The notes under the pieces were generated by a model, which was not told the origin of the DNA, searched no databases, and was given only the letters and a program-made list of their open reading frames with translations. Positions 26,651 to 39,200 of a DNA stretch of 64,000 nucleotides are shown here, in pieces. This stretch comes from Mobula hypostoma. Taxonomy: Eukaryota. The first letter of the stretch is position 1, and each line of letters begins with the position of its first letter. The DNA lies in the NCBI RefSeq assembly GCF_963921235.1, contig NC_086097.1:131690001-131754000 (forward strand). The letters run 5' to 3'. Position numbers and translations under genes: made by a program.

Positions 26651-27430
26651 GTCTATCGGTGTAGGTGTTTTTTTCTTAATTGTACCTGTGCAAATTTGAT
26701 AATGCAGAACCTTAGCTGTTCGGAGTTTTTTTTTGCTGATCCTCCCTACAGAGAGATTATGCTTTCATTTGGCTTTATTCACAACTGCCATTCTCCTTCC
26801 AAGCAATAAATATTGAACAAAAATATTTGATTTTATTATTGAACTCACCCTCAATTTCACTATCACCACCCCACCAGTCTTGTCCCCCCAACAAGCACTA
26901 TGATGCCCTACCTTGAACTGGAAAATCTGCATTCTTCATAAACAGAGATTCACTCAATCAGTGTATGACATGGGTCAACACCCGTGCACCAACACATGCT
27001 GTTCAATGGGCCCCAGTCTGAAGAAACCTCCAATATCTTATACCTACAAACCAACTGCTTCTTTACCAGCATTACCTTTATAATGTAGGTACATCATTGT
27101 CTATAAAGTGCCCAGGTAATATTCTGCAAGGGATCTAAGGCTGCTGCCATAGAAATGTAAAGATCCACGTGAGAGATATTTTGAGGGAGGTTGGGACAAA
27201 GTCTCCTCAGATTCTGCAGTTACCAACCTGCTTTCTTTCTCCATAGGCACTGCCAGACTTGCTGAGTGTTTCCAGATTTTATTTCAGATTTTCAGTATCT
27301 GTAGTTTTTAAAAATTTTTATTCTTGCATCTTCTATTTATCCAAAATCTATCAATGACAAGGTTCTCCAGATATATAGTGCCTTTAATATAGCAAATCCT
27401 CAACAAAGCAAAGATTTGATATTCAACTAT

Positions 27431-27666
27431 ATAGAAATATAGAAAACCTATAGCACAATACAGGCCCTTCAGCCCACAAAGCTGTGCCGAACATGTCCTT
27501 ACCTTAGAAATTACCTAGAGTTACCCATAGTGCTCTATTTCTCTAAGCTCTATGTACCTGTCCAGGAGTCTCTCAAAAGACCCTATCGTATCCACCTCCA
27601 CCACTGTTGCCGGCAGCCCATACCATGCACTCACCATTCTCTGCATAAAAAACTTACCCCTGACAT
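27431..27666 (-). mobile_element. CR1 3'-terminal fragment
   Basis: Near reverse complement of 4512-4748; ATAGAAA tail. Confidence 0.85.
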
Positions 27667-27694
27667 ATGAAGAGATATTAATGCCAGATGGATA

Positions 27695-27891
27695 GGGTGG
27701 TCACACAATGGTTCATTTAATGTCTCTAATAATCCAGATGCCTAATTCAGAAATGTGAATTCAAATTCTACCAGGCCATCTTTAGATTTAATTCATTTTA
27801 TTGAATTAACTTTAAAGAAAAACAATTAATTGCTAATTATGGTGACTTTGAAGGTACTGGATTGTCATAAAAAGAAACCATCTGGTCATGA
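27695..27891 (+). mobile_element. Ancient SINE, 5' half, split by the Gypsy element (3' half at ~34189-34335)
   Basis: ...ATTGTCATAAAAAGAAACCATCTGGT | CATTAATGTTCTCCCATGAGAGGAAATATGCTGACTTACCCTGGTCTGGC reconstructs a recalled shark SINE consensus; family name uncertain. Confidence 0.6.
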
Positions 27892-28209
27892 TAGCCAGTC
27901 CTGCACAGGATGGCACCTCCCAGTCTTCACTCAGTTAACAGGAGTTGCCTGCCACTCATTTCCAATTTATCACCTGCAGCCTTTTTAAACCAAACTCTCA
28001 TTCACATTCCTTTGTTCAGGCATTGAACCTGCCAGACTCAACCAGTTGCTCCTAGCCTTCAGTTGCCTTGTTGTGTAAGCATCTGTTCCCTTTTATTTTG
28101 TGGCCTCTTTAAGCTTGTTATTTTGCAGCTTATTAGTAAAACATCATTTACTGCTAAATAGTCTCAGTTGCTCAGCTTTTGGATCATGCCTCCTCTACAT
28201 TTTCTGATA
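27892..28209 (+). repeat. 5' LTR of the Gypsy element
   Basis: Colinear with 33885-34188 (CCTCCCAGTC, TGCCACTCATTTCCAA, GCTTGTTATTTTGCAG, TTACTGCTAAAT, GCCTCCTCT); ends in TGATA (decayed TGACA). Confidence 0.85.
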
Positions 28210-31088
28210 GGATGCGTGAGCTAACGATTGAACCAGCAGAGCTGGCTTGCTTAAAGGATGTTGTCCATCGATGTTGAGCACACGATCCCAACTCAATAGG
28301 AAACTATTGACTATCCGCTCACCACTCTCAACCAACTCTCCATCCCAATAGAGCAACCTTGCATCGGTCAACCTCCACCCTTGGAGCCCCAGACTCTGGT
28401 GTCTGAACGCTTTGATGGATCCCCAATCTGCTGCTGCAATCTTCTGTCCCAGTTGCATCTTGCACTTAGAACTGCAGCCATCTCTGTATTCCACAGACCC
28501 AGCCTTCACCAGCTCTCTTCTGACTGCATGTGCTCTGAATTGGGCCACTGCTAACTGGGACAATAAAACAACCACTTGCAATAAATATGAGAAATTCACC
28601 ACTGAGCTGCGCCGGGTTTTCGACCATCGGGAAGTGGAAGGAGGCAGCGGATCAGCTACTTTGCCTGCATCAAGGCTGTCATTTGGTGCTGTATTACACA
28701 GTGGACTTCAGGACCCTCATGGTGCACTGCGGCTGGAATGCAGAAACATTGCTGGTCCACTACTATCACGGATTCTTGGATTGCTTGAAACAGTTCACAT
28801 AGAAGATGCTCACTGACTTCGAAAGCCTCATCACCCTGGCCCCCTGAATTGACAAGCATTTTATGGAACAACCCTCCAGGTCGTCAGTCAGATCGCCAGT
28901 TCTGTTCCCAGAATCACTTCTGGCTGCAGGACCCTTGTCATCAACAGCTCCAGAATCCAAGCAGTTAGGGAGTGTGCCTTTAACTTCCCAAGAGTGTGAG
29001 CATTGGTGAGGAAACTACGTGTGTGCCTACTGCAGATCTGCAGATCACTCATGCGTCAAATGCCCATTGCTCCTGGAAACCAGCATCACCCGACAGATAC
29101 AAGGAGGCCTCTATCTGATAAGCTCCCCCAGGCCTCTCACTCTAGCATCGTATTCCATCTCATTCTCTCTTTCCTCCTCCTCACCCCAGCAGCTCTGGTG
29201 GATTCTGGTGCAATAGGCAACTTTCTAGACCGGACCCTGTGTATGTAGCTTGGATTCCCCACGGAGCCTACCCTTCTGCATCAACTCACCCAACGCTCCG
29301 CTCATCTTGGTTTACTCCTGGCTCTCCACTTACGAACCTCACTTCTCCTGGTCATCTGGGTCACTGCTAAGCTGGGGAACCATGTGATGGACCAGCTGCC
29401 TGTGACCTCAGCTGAATTCACCCTGCAAATCTATGGAGATGGAGGAAACTCGCGACCTAACCAAACTCCCACAGGAATACCACAACTTAGCAATTGCCTT
29501 CAAATAAAGGGAAGTCAGCACCCTGCTGTCTCACGGACCACAAGACTGCACGCTCGACTTCCTCCCTAGCAGCACTCCTCCCGCAGGTCAACCTTTCGCC
29601 CTCTGCCCTCCTGAGACCCAAATTGTAAATGATCACATCGCTGAAGTTCTACAGCAGGACTTCATTTGACCATATCAGTCTCCAGCCAGAGCAGGATTTT
29701 TCTTTGTCAAAATGAAAGATGTGGGTCTCTGTCCCTGCTCCGACTGCTGTGGACTCAATAAAATTAACATTAAGAACTGCTACCCCCTCCTCTTGATGGA
29801 CAGTATATTTGAAATATTCCACAGGGCTGAGATCTTCATCAAATCTGGATCTACAGAGTGGGTACAACCTGATCCACATCTGCTAGGGAAATGAGTGGAA
29901 GAAAGCATTCATAATACCCAATGGCCACAATGTATACTTGGTGATGTCTTTTGAACTTTTTCATAGTCCAGCCATTTTCCAAGCCTTCAGCAATGAGACC
30001 CTCCAAGATATGCTACACAGGTATGTGCTCTTCTACCTTGATGTCATCCACTTTTTCTCCAAGGACCCGCAAGACATATCTGCCACGTCCATTTAGTCCT
30101 TCAGCACTTCCTCCAAAACGAATGGGTTAGAAAAATGCCAGTTCCACACTCCAGTCATTTGTTCTTTGGTTACGTCCTTTCACCCCAAGGCCATGGACCC
30201 AGAGAAAGTACACAGCACTGCTGAATGGCCCTGACTGCGCTCCTTAAGCAGCTACAACCCTTCTTGGGCTTCTCTAACTTCTCCTGCCATTTCATCAGAA
30301 ACTGCAGCCAATCCACTGCCAATTATTACCTCCCTCACCAAGTCACCTACTTCATGGATAACCTGGTCTGTAGCCGCGGACCATGCTTTCGAGGAGCCCA
30401 GGAGACGCTTCACTACCACTCACATTCTCTGCCATCCAAATCCCTCCAGACCTTTTGTGGTAGAAGTGGATGCATCTGACTTGAGAGCCAGGGCCATCCA
30501 CTCTCAGTGAGGAGCAGCTGGGAAGATGCACCACTTTGCCTTCTTTTTACTGAAGTTCAACCCTATACAGTGCCATTATGGAGTAGGAGACAGGGAGCTA
30601 CTCACCATTAAGTTGCCCTTGGAGGAATGGAGACATTGGCTGATGGGAAACACTGAGCCCTTCCTGATCTGGACTGACCACCAGAACCTCCCATCCATGT
30701 AACAGACCCACCAACTCAACCTTCTTCAGGCTCACTGAGTCCTCTTCTTTGAGCGATTCAACTTCGCAATCACCTTCCAAGCTGTTTCCAAGAACGCCCT
30801 GTCACAACATTTTACCCAGCTGAAATAGAGATTGATCCTCTGTCCGTCATTCCATCCTTGCAGATCCTTGCCCTGCTCATCTGGGATCTTGTGAATCAGA
30901 TCCACTGGGCCTCACAGCATGTGCCTGCTCTACTAACACACCTGACAACTACATGTCCATGCCGGCAGCTGTGTGCTTTGAGGCACTCCAGTGGGCCCAC
31001 TCCTCACCCTTCTCCAGCCATTCAGACTCATGATGGACTCTGGATTTTCTTTGATGCCAATTCTGATGGCTCGCCATGTTTGCAGATG

Positions 31089-32762
31089 CATAGAACTTAG
31101 AACATAGAATAGTACAGCACAGTACAGGCCGTTCGGCCCACAATGTTGTGCCGACCCTCAAACCCTGCCTCCCATATAAGCCCCCACCTTAGATTCCTCC
31201 ATATACCTGTCTAGTAGTCTCTTAAATTTCACTAATGTATCTGCCTCCACCACTGACTCAGGCAGTGCATTCCACGCACCAACCACTCTCTAAGTAAAAA
31301 ACCTTCCTCTAATATCCCCCTTGAACTTCCCACTCCTTACCTTAAAGCCATGTCCTCTTGTGGTGCCCTGGTGCCCTGGGGAAGAGGCGCTGGCTATCCA
31401 CTCTATCTATTCCTCTTATTATCTTGTACACCTCTATCATGTCTCCTCTTATCCTCCTTCTCTCCAAAGAGTAAAGCCCCAGCTCCCTTAATCTCTGATC
31501 ATAATGCATACTTTCTAAACCAGGCAGCATCCTGGTAAATCTCCTCTGTACCCTTTCCAATGCTTCCACATCCTTCCTATAGTGAGGTGACCAGAACTGG
31601 ACACAGTACTCTAAGTGTGGCCTAACCAGAGTTTTATAGAGCTGCATCATTACCTCGCGACTCTTAAACTCTGTCCCTCGACTTATGAAAGCTAACACCC
31701 CATAAGCTTTCTTAACTACCCTATCTACCTGTGAGGCAACTTTCAGGGATATGTGGACATGTACCCTCAGATCCCTCTGCTCCTCCACACTATCAAGTAT
31801 CCTGCCATTTACTTTATACTCTGCCTTGGAGTTTGTCCTTCCAAAGTGTACCACCTCACACTTCTCCGGGTTGAACTCCATCTGCCACTTCTCGCCCACT
31901 TCTGCATCCTATCAATGTCTCTCTGTAATCTTTGACAATCCTCTACACTATCTACAACACCACCAACCTTTGTGTCGTCTGCAAACTTGCCAACCCACCC
32001 TTCTACCCCCACATCCAGGTCGTTAATAAAAATCACGAAAAGTAGAGGTCCCAGAACAGATCCTTGTGGGACACCACTAGTCACAATCCTCCAATCTGAA
32101 TGTACTCCCTCCACTACGACCCTCTGCCTTCTGCAGGCAAGCCAATTCTGAATCCACCTGGCCAAACTTCCCTGGATCCCATGCCTTCTAACTTTCTGAA
32201 TAAGCCTACCGTGTGGAACCTTGTCAAATGCCTTACTAAAATCCATGTAGATCACATCCACTGCACTACCCTCATCTATATGCCTGGTCACCTCCTCAAA
32301 GAACTCTATCAGGCTTGTTAGACACGATCTGCCCTTCACAAAGCCATGCTGACTGTCACTGATCAGACCATGATTCTCTAAATGCCTATAGATCCTATCT
32401 CTAAGAATCTTTTCCAACAGCTTTCCCACCACAGATGTAAGGCTCACTGGTCTATAATTACCCGGACTATCCCTACTACCTTTTTTGAACCTGGGAACAA
32501 CATTCGCCTCTCTCCAATCCTCCAGTACCATTCCCGTGGACAATGAGGACATGAAGATCCTAGCCAGAGGCTCAGCAATCTCTTCTCTCGCCTCGTGGAG
32601 CAGCCTGGGGAATATTCCGTCAGGCCCCGGGGACTTATCTGTCCTAATGTATTTTAACAACTCCAACACCTCCTCTCCCTTAATATCAGCATGCTCCAAA
32701 ACATCAACCTCACTCATATTGTCCTCACCATCATCAAGTTCCCTCTCATTGGTGAATACCAA
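31089..32762 (-). mobile_element. Young CR1 LINE, 5'-truncated, inserted into the Gypsy integrase
   Basis: RT ORF KSPGPDG, NYRPVSLTS, DFSKAFDKVPH, GVPQGSVLGPLLF, FADDTK. 1-bp frameshift near 31893 relative to the 52260 copy; CATAGAA tail at 31089. Confidence 0.96.
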
Positions 32763-33884
32763 TGTCAGTTCATTGTTGACTGCCCTCAATGTGCCCAGTC
32801 CAGTTCCTCCAACTAGTATCCCTCTGGGCTCCTGTTGGCCCTACTGTTTGCTCAATGCTCATGGTGTCACATCAACTTGGATTTCACCCTGAGTTTGACA
32901 CCTCCTGATGGGGCCATTGTGATCATAACAGTGGTGGACCAGTTCTCCAAGGTCACCCAATTCATTAACATCCCCATACTTCCATCAGCCGCTGAGACAG
33001 CAGACCTGGTTCTCAAACATTTAGTTCGCTTCCATGGTTTCTCTCAGGGCATAGTGTTGGACTGGGCAAACAATCTATTTCCCAGTTCTGACTAGCCTTC
33101 TGCTCCCTGCTCTGCACCTCAGTGAGTTTGTCTTTTGGCTATCATTCACAGATGGTCAATCAGAAAGGACCAAGCAGCAAGTGGAGATCTTTCTGCAACG
33201 CTTCTCCACCTCAAACCCTTCCACAGGGAAGACGTACAGTAAATGCTTGGGGTCAAACTATCCCACAGTCTACACACCTCCTCTGCCACAGTTATGTTGC
33301 CCTTTGAAGTGCTGCATGGCAAAAAGCCCCACTGTTCCCACCGGAGGAGCCAGCAGTGGAAGTCCTGCCTGCCAGAGCCTTGCTTTGCCGGTGCCGGAAT
33401 GCTTGAAATCTACGCCTACTGCTGCCAGACTACTCTGGCCTGGGGGCTGTGTCTGGCTGTCCTCCTGAGGTCTGCCCCTGTACACCAACTCCCGCAACCT
33501 CTTGCACTGGTTCATTGGTCCCTTTACCATTAGACAGGTCAATTAACATCCACAACTGCCACTGTTCCTCAGGATCACAGCTCCCTTCCAAGTGTTCCGC
33601 CTTAAGCCCATTTTCCATGGACCACATAACCCACCTGAGCCTGCCCCTCCAAGACCTAAGATAGTAGAAGGTGATCCTCTGTACATGGTTCGCTGGTTGA
33701 TGGATTTGTGTCATTGTGGAAGGTCTGTGCAGTACCTGATCAACTGGGCAGAGTACAGCCCAGAGGACAGATCCTGGGTGCTGCCTGGTTTCACCTTGGA
33801 TCCATTGCTCATTGAGGAGTTCCATTGAACCCATCTGTATTGTCCTGGGCTGTCAGGTGCCAGGCATAGGGGAGAGGGGAGGGT

Positions 33885-34188
33885 TGTCAAGCTTACACAG
33901 GGAACCTCCTCCCAGTCTCCACTCATCACATGCCACTCATTTCCAACTCATCACCTTCGGCCTGTAAAAACCCAGCTCTCATCCAGTCCTTTGTTCACCC
34001 ACCAAACCAGCCAGCCTCAACCTTGCCTTCAGTTACCTTGTTACCTTGTCATGTTAAGTAACTGTTCCCTCTTGCTTTGTGGCCCCGCGTGGCTTGTTAT
34101 TTTGCAGTTTACTAGTAAAATATCGGTTACTGCTAAATCATCTCCATTCCTCTGCTTTTGTGCAAAGCCTCCTCTCCATTTCCTGACA
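33885..34188 (+). repeat. 3' LTR of the Gypsy element
   Basis: TGTCA...TGACA termini immediately after the polypurine tract. Confidence 0.9.
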
Positions 34189-34704
34189 CATTAATGTTCT
34201 CCCATGAGAGGAAATATGCTGACTTACCCTGGTCTGGCATCTATTTACCACCAGAGCCGTTTTCAATGTCTCAATTCACTGCCTATGGAACTATGTTCAG
34301 GGGATATTTATAAATGTTGATGTCTACATTCTGAAAAAAAAAAGTAAAACACAATAGTCAAGAACACAGTGAATCCTAGCCCATAGAATTAGTAAAGATT
34401 ACAGAATAGAAGGGGATAAGAAAATGGAAAGAATTGAAAGTAACGATGTTCATTTTAAAACCATGACTTTGTGTAAGCAGGAACCAATTTAGGTCAGTGA
34501 ACACTGTGATGATAGATAAATAGAACTTGGTGCAAATTAGGGCAGAGCAGTTGAGATCTGGGAGTCATCAGATTAGATGTTCAAGGTCAGTCAGGAATGT
34601 TTGAAATATGAATATTGTGAGTGAGTTCTTCTGGTTGTTAAATGTGCAAAGAAGGAAAATGTACCCATTGTCAATGAAGTAGACATGCAAGATTTGGCCC
34701 CATA

Positions 34705-35050
34705 CATAGAAATAACAGATAGAAGAGTACAGCACAAGAACAGCGCATTCCGGGCCCCCATAACTCTCTGTCTAAAATACTTACCCCACACATCTCCTTT
34801 GAACTTTCCCCTCTTACCATAAATGCTTATCTTCCAGTATTTGACATGTTGACGCTGGGAAAAAGATACACACTCTCTATCTGTGCTTCTCATGATTGTA
34901 TTAATTTTTTTTTCAGGTCTACCCTGATTCTCTGATGCTACAGAGAAGACAACCCAAGTCTGTCCAACTTGTTCTTATAGTACGTGACTGTGAAACCAGG
35001 CAGCATACTGGCAGATCTCTTCTGCACACTCTCCATAGCCTCCATGTCCT
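34705..35050 (-). mobile_element. CR1 3' fragment
   Basis: KDMEAMESVQKRSASMLPG...LDRLGLSSL on the minus strand; CR1 tail. Confidence 0.75.
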
Positions 35051-35529
35051 TGGCAACCAGAGATAAAGGCAATACCCCTGATCCAGTATCATCTTCCATG
35101 GAAAATAGGAAAAAACTGGGTACTGATTTTGTCTCCCCAGCCAAGTTCTGATGGAGTGATGCCAAGCTCTTTTGCTTTATTGTGCTCTCACTGATTGCCC
35201 AGTCTATGCCTGGTAAACCACATCCAGATGCTCTCTCATTCAACATTATCACTTGTAAGAGAAATGAAGACAATTTTAAATCAGACTGGCACACTGTAAC
35301 TCAAAGATTACATTGTGCTTCAAGTGAGCCCATTGTCCTCTGAGCGAGTTTGCTAACGAGATGCTGATTTCAGTATGAATTGGTTACATATAAGAATTGG
35401 ACTTAGCCACAAGGAAACAACAACATTCAGTGTGTGCAGAGAATCTTTCAAAATACTGAAACGTTCCAAATTTCTTCATGGTATTAATGTGAGATTAAAC
35501 ATAGCCATATATTTAAGCAGTAAGACAAA

Positions 35530-37342
35530 CATATGAGAAGAGGAAAAAATTAGTTAAGACCAAAGTTGGGCCCATGAAGACAGAAACGATGGGGAACAAG
35601 GAAATGGCAGACGAGTTGAACAGATACTTTGGATCTGTCTTCACTAGGGAAGACACAAACAATCTCCCAGATGTAATAGTGGCTGGAGGACCTAGGGTAA
35701 TGGAGAAACGGAAGAAGATTCACGTTAGGCAGAAAATGGTGTCAGTTAGACTGATGCGACTGAAGGCTGATAAATCCCCAGGGCCTGATGGTCTGCATCC
35801 TTGGGTACTTAAGGAGGTGGCTTTAGAAATCGTGGATGCACTGGTAATTATTTTCCAATGTTCTATAGATTCAGGATCAGTTCCTGAGGACTGGAGGGTA
35901 GCTAATGTTGCCCCACTTTTTAAGAAAGGAGGGAGAGAGAAAACAGGGAATTATAGACCAGTTAGCCTGACATCAGTGGTGGGGAAGATGCTGGAGTCAA
36001 TTATAAAAGATGAAATAGCGGCACATTTGGATAGCAGTAACAAGATCGGTCCGAGTCAGCATGGATTTATGAAGGGGAAATCATGCTTGACTAATCTGGA
36101 ATTTTTTGAGGATGTATCTATGAAAATGGACAAGGGAGAGCCAGTGGACGTAGTGTACTGGACTTTCAGAAAGCCTTTGATAAGGTCCCACATAGGAGAT
36201 TAGTTGGAAACATTAGAGCACATGGTATTGAAGGTAGGGTACTGACATGGATAGAACATTGGTTGGCAGCCAGGAAACAAAGAGTAGGGATTAATGGGTC
36301 CCTTTCAGAATGGCGGGCAGTGACTAGTGGGGTACCACAAGGCTCAGTGCTGGGACCGCAGCTATTTACAATATACATTAATAATTTAGATGAAGGGATT
36401 AAAAATAACATTAGCAAATTTGCAGATGACACAAAGCTGGGTGGCAGTGTGAAATGTGCGGAGGATGTTGAGATAGTGCAGGATGATTTGGACAGGTTGG
36501 GCGAGTGGGCAGATGCATGGCAGATGCAGTTTAATGTGGATAAATGTGAGATTATGCACTTTGGTGGCAAGAACAGGAAGGCAGATTACGATTTGAATGG
36601 TGTCAAGTTAGGAAAAGGGGAAGTACAACAAGATTTAGGTGTCCTTGTTCATCAGTCACTGAAAGTAGGCATGCAGGTACAGCAGGCAGTGAAGAAAGCT
36701 AATGGCATGTTGGCCTTCATAAGAAGGGGAGTTGAGTATAGGAGCAAAGAGGTCCTTCTGCAGTTGTACAGGGCCCTGGTGAGACCACACCTGGAGTATT
36801 GTGTACAGTTTTGGTCTCCAAATTTGAGGAAGGACATTCTTGCTGTTGAGGGAGTGCAGTGGAGGTTCATGAGGTTAATTCCCGGGATGGCGGGACTGTC
36901 ATATGTTGAAAGATTTTAGTGACTGGGCTTGTATACATTGGAATTTAGAAGGATGAGAGGGGATCCGATTGAAGCATATAAGATTATTAAGGGATTGGAC
37001 ACGCTAGAGGCAGGAAACATGTTCCCGGTGTTGTGGGAGTCCAGACCAGAGGCCATAATTTGAGAATAAGGGGTTGTCCATTTAGAACGGAGTTGAGGAA
37101 AAACTTTTTCACCCAGAGAGTTGTGGATCTGTGGAATGCTCTGCCTCAGAAGGCAGCGGAGGCCAATTCTCTGGATACTTTCAAGAAAGAGTTAGATAGA
37201 GCTCTTAATGATAGCGGAGTGAAGGGATATGGGGAGAAGGCAGGAAGGGGGTACTGATTGTGAATGATCAGCCACAATCACAGTGAATGGCAGTGCTGGC
37301 ACGAAGGGCCAAATGGCCTAATCCTGCACCTATTGTCTATTG
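35530..37342 (+). mobile_element. CR1 LINE, 5'-truncated, fairly young
   Basis: ORF pieces 35574-36203, 36263-36919 and 37033-37257 with KSPGPDGLHP, NYRPVSLTS, GVPQGSVLGP, FADDTKLGG, LVRPHLEYC, FFTQRVV; CTATTGT tail. Confidence 0.96.
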
Positions 37343-37979
37343 ATCCCAAGGTGAGTTTAGAAGTGAGGTCTTACAGTGGGAAGCACATAAAATGCTGGTG
37401 AAATAGAGATAAAGGCACCAAAAGAGCAGCAAAGGAAATAGTGTTGCAGTCTAGTCAAGAACTGGAGTAGTGCAGGGATCCTGTGGGCTTGTGGGACTGA
37501 TGTCTACAAAGGAACTGGCATTTTAGAAAAAGAACAAGAATCCTGAAATCAAGACGTTATTGGAATGGAAGCAGGTGTTGGATGGAGTTTACAAGGGTGA
37601 GCTGTCAGCTGGGTACATAATTCTGCTTTATAAGATGGAGGTGTGGCTGAAGTAATTTGACAGTGGAACAGGTGGTGGGTCTTTCTGTACACTGAAGAGT
37701 CTTCAAAGGGATCTCAAGAGCGCCATAAGCCTGTAAATGAATCAAAATAATGGCAAGTTACCTGCTCAGCCACAGTTAAGGAACCCACACAGCCTTACAA
37801 TTGGCAACATTTTGTACACAGCAATTCATACATTATTTTATTGCTTGACAGATTATTTATAATCCATTGAATAAAAAGCTTGTCTTTTGTATCATGGTTT
37901 TGAATGTATTTTGCTGCTAACTTGAATTAAGAACCGTGATTTGAGTTACTTCAAGGCACCGTTAACACAACTGTGGATT

Positions 37980-38270
37980 GATGTAGCACAGTTGCTGCCT
38001 CATAGCTCAAGCACGCCAGGTTCAATCCTGACCTCAGGGCTTGTCTGTACGGAGTTTGTATGTTCTCCCTGTGACTCTGTGGATATCCTCCACGTGCTCT
38101 GTTTTCCTCCCCCATCCCAGGGAGATGCAGGTTGGTAAGTTAAGTGAGTGGTAGAACCTGGGTGGAATCTTTGCGCAGAGTAAAACCGTTCTTTTACAAA
38201 TGGGTCTTTGATGGTCAGAGTGAACTAAGTGACCCAAATAGCTTGTTTCTTTGTTGCATGCTTCTGTAAC
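37980..38270 (+). mobile_element. tRNA-derived SINE (V-SINE/HE1-like)
   Basis: B-box GGTTCAATCC, body GGAGTTTGTATGTTCTCCCTGTGAC...TTTCCTCCC, CR1-like tail. Confidence 0.75.
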
Positions 38271-38284
38271 ACAGCTTAACTCTG

Positions 38285-38790
38285 TGCGATATTTCTCTTC
38301 TCTCTCTTTGGTTGTCCATCGAGATCCTATGATGACATCTACTCCTTTAACAGTGAGATCTTTGACGACTATACAGTCCCATCCTGGACCCACAAACTCT
38401 ATTGCAGGTGGGACATGTATATGTGGTAGTGGTGGCAATCATGGCTGCATTTGTCCTGGCTCTCTTCTGATGTCTTCTGGTTGTTCTTTCCTTCTCCAGA
38501 ATATGAACCCCGTCCCTACGCAGCTGTCGCTAAGTGGTACGGTCAGCAGCAACTTCCTCCAGGTCCTCGGGTCTGATCTTGCACTTCCTTAAAGCATTCT
38601 TCATCTGATCCTTATAGCACTTCTTCGGACTTCCAGCTGAGCGTTGACCATGATGCAGCAGGCTGTATAACACTCTGCGGGGTAGCAGATATGGGGGCAT
38701 CCTTATCACGTGTCCCAGCCACTGCAGCTGACGCTGGGTGATCATGGCCTCAATACTCCTGCAGTTGGTCTTTACAAGTATTTTAGGTCA
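38285..38790 (-). mobile_element. RTE-clade LINE 3' end
   Basis: RQLQWLGHVIRMP...LPRRVLYS...GQRSAGSPKKCYKD...AADRTT, a typical RTE C-terminus. Confidence 0.85.
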
Positions 38791-38859
38791 CTGGCGATAT
38801 TCGATATATACTGCATCTTAGAAGCATTTTTTTAGATTCTGGGCATCGTTGGCAAGGAG

Positions 38860-39200
38860 ACACAAAGGGCTGCAGATGCTAGAATCTGGAGCAATGAACA
38901 AGATGTGAGAAGGACTCAATGGGATGAGCAGCATCTGTGGAGGGAAATGGACAGTCAACATTTCAAGTCAAAAGCCTTCATCTGGACTGAAAGAGCAGGG
39001 AGGATACTTTAAATCAGGAAGGAGGAGGGGTGGAGCAAGAGCAGGCAAGCAACAGGTGATTAAGTGAGGATGAGTTGATTGGTTGAAGGAGGAGGAATGG
39101 ATGGAAATAGCAGGAGAGACTGGGAGGTGATAGGTGGTAACAAAAGGGCTGCAGATAATGGGAACTGATAGAAAAGAACGTGGGGCCTGGGGTTAAATAA
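38860..39200 (-). repeat. Penelope 3'-repeat derivative with decayed hammerhead
   Basis: Reverse complement of 38953-38988 = AGTC CAGATGA AGGCTTTTGACTT GAAA TGTT GACT. Confidence 0.75.

Larger units (their letters stand above)
27892..34188 (+). mobile_element. Ty3/Gypsy chromovirus-type (Sushi-like) LTR retrotransposon, near full length, heavily decayed
   Basis: Gag ERFDGSP and SLLTACALNWATANW; CCHC knuckle CAYCRSADHSCVKCP (~29022); protease ALVDSGAIGNFLD; RT GFFFVK..GLNKINIKNCYPL; RNase H PFVVEVDASD and [16 protein letters not shown]; integrase VVDQFSK; chromodomain QYLINWAEYSPEDRSW; polypurine tract 33868-33883; two LTRs. Confidence 0.95.

Noticed and set aside
31809..32789. 326-aa RT ORF as an intact gene
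   Set aside because: 5'-truncated CR1 lacking the endonuclease; its start lies in flanking Gypsy DNA and it is frameshifted near 31893.
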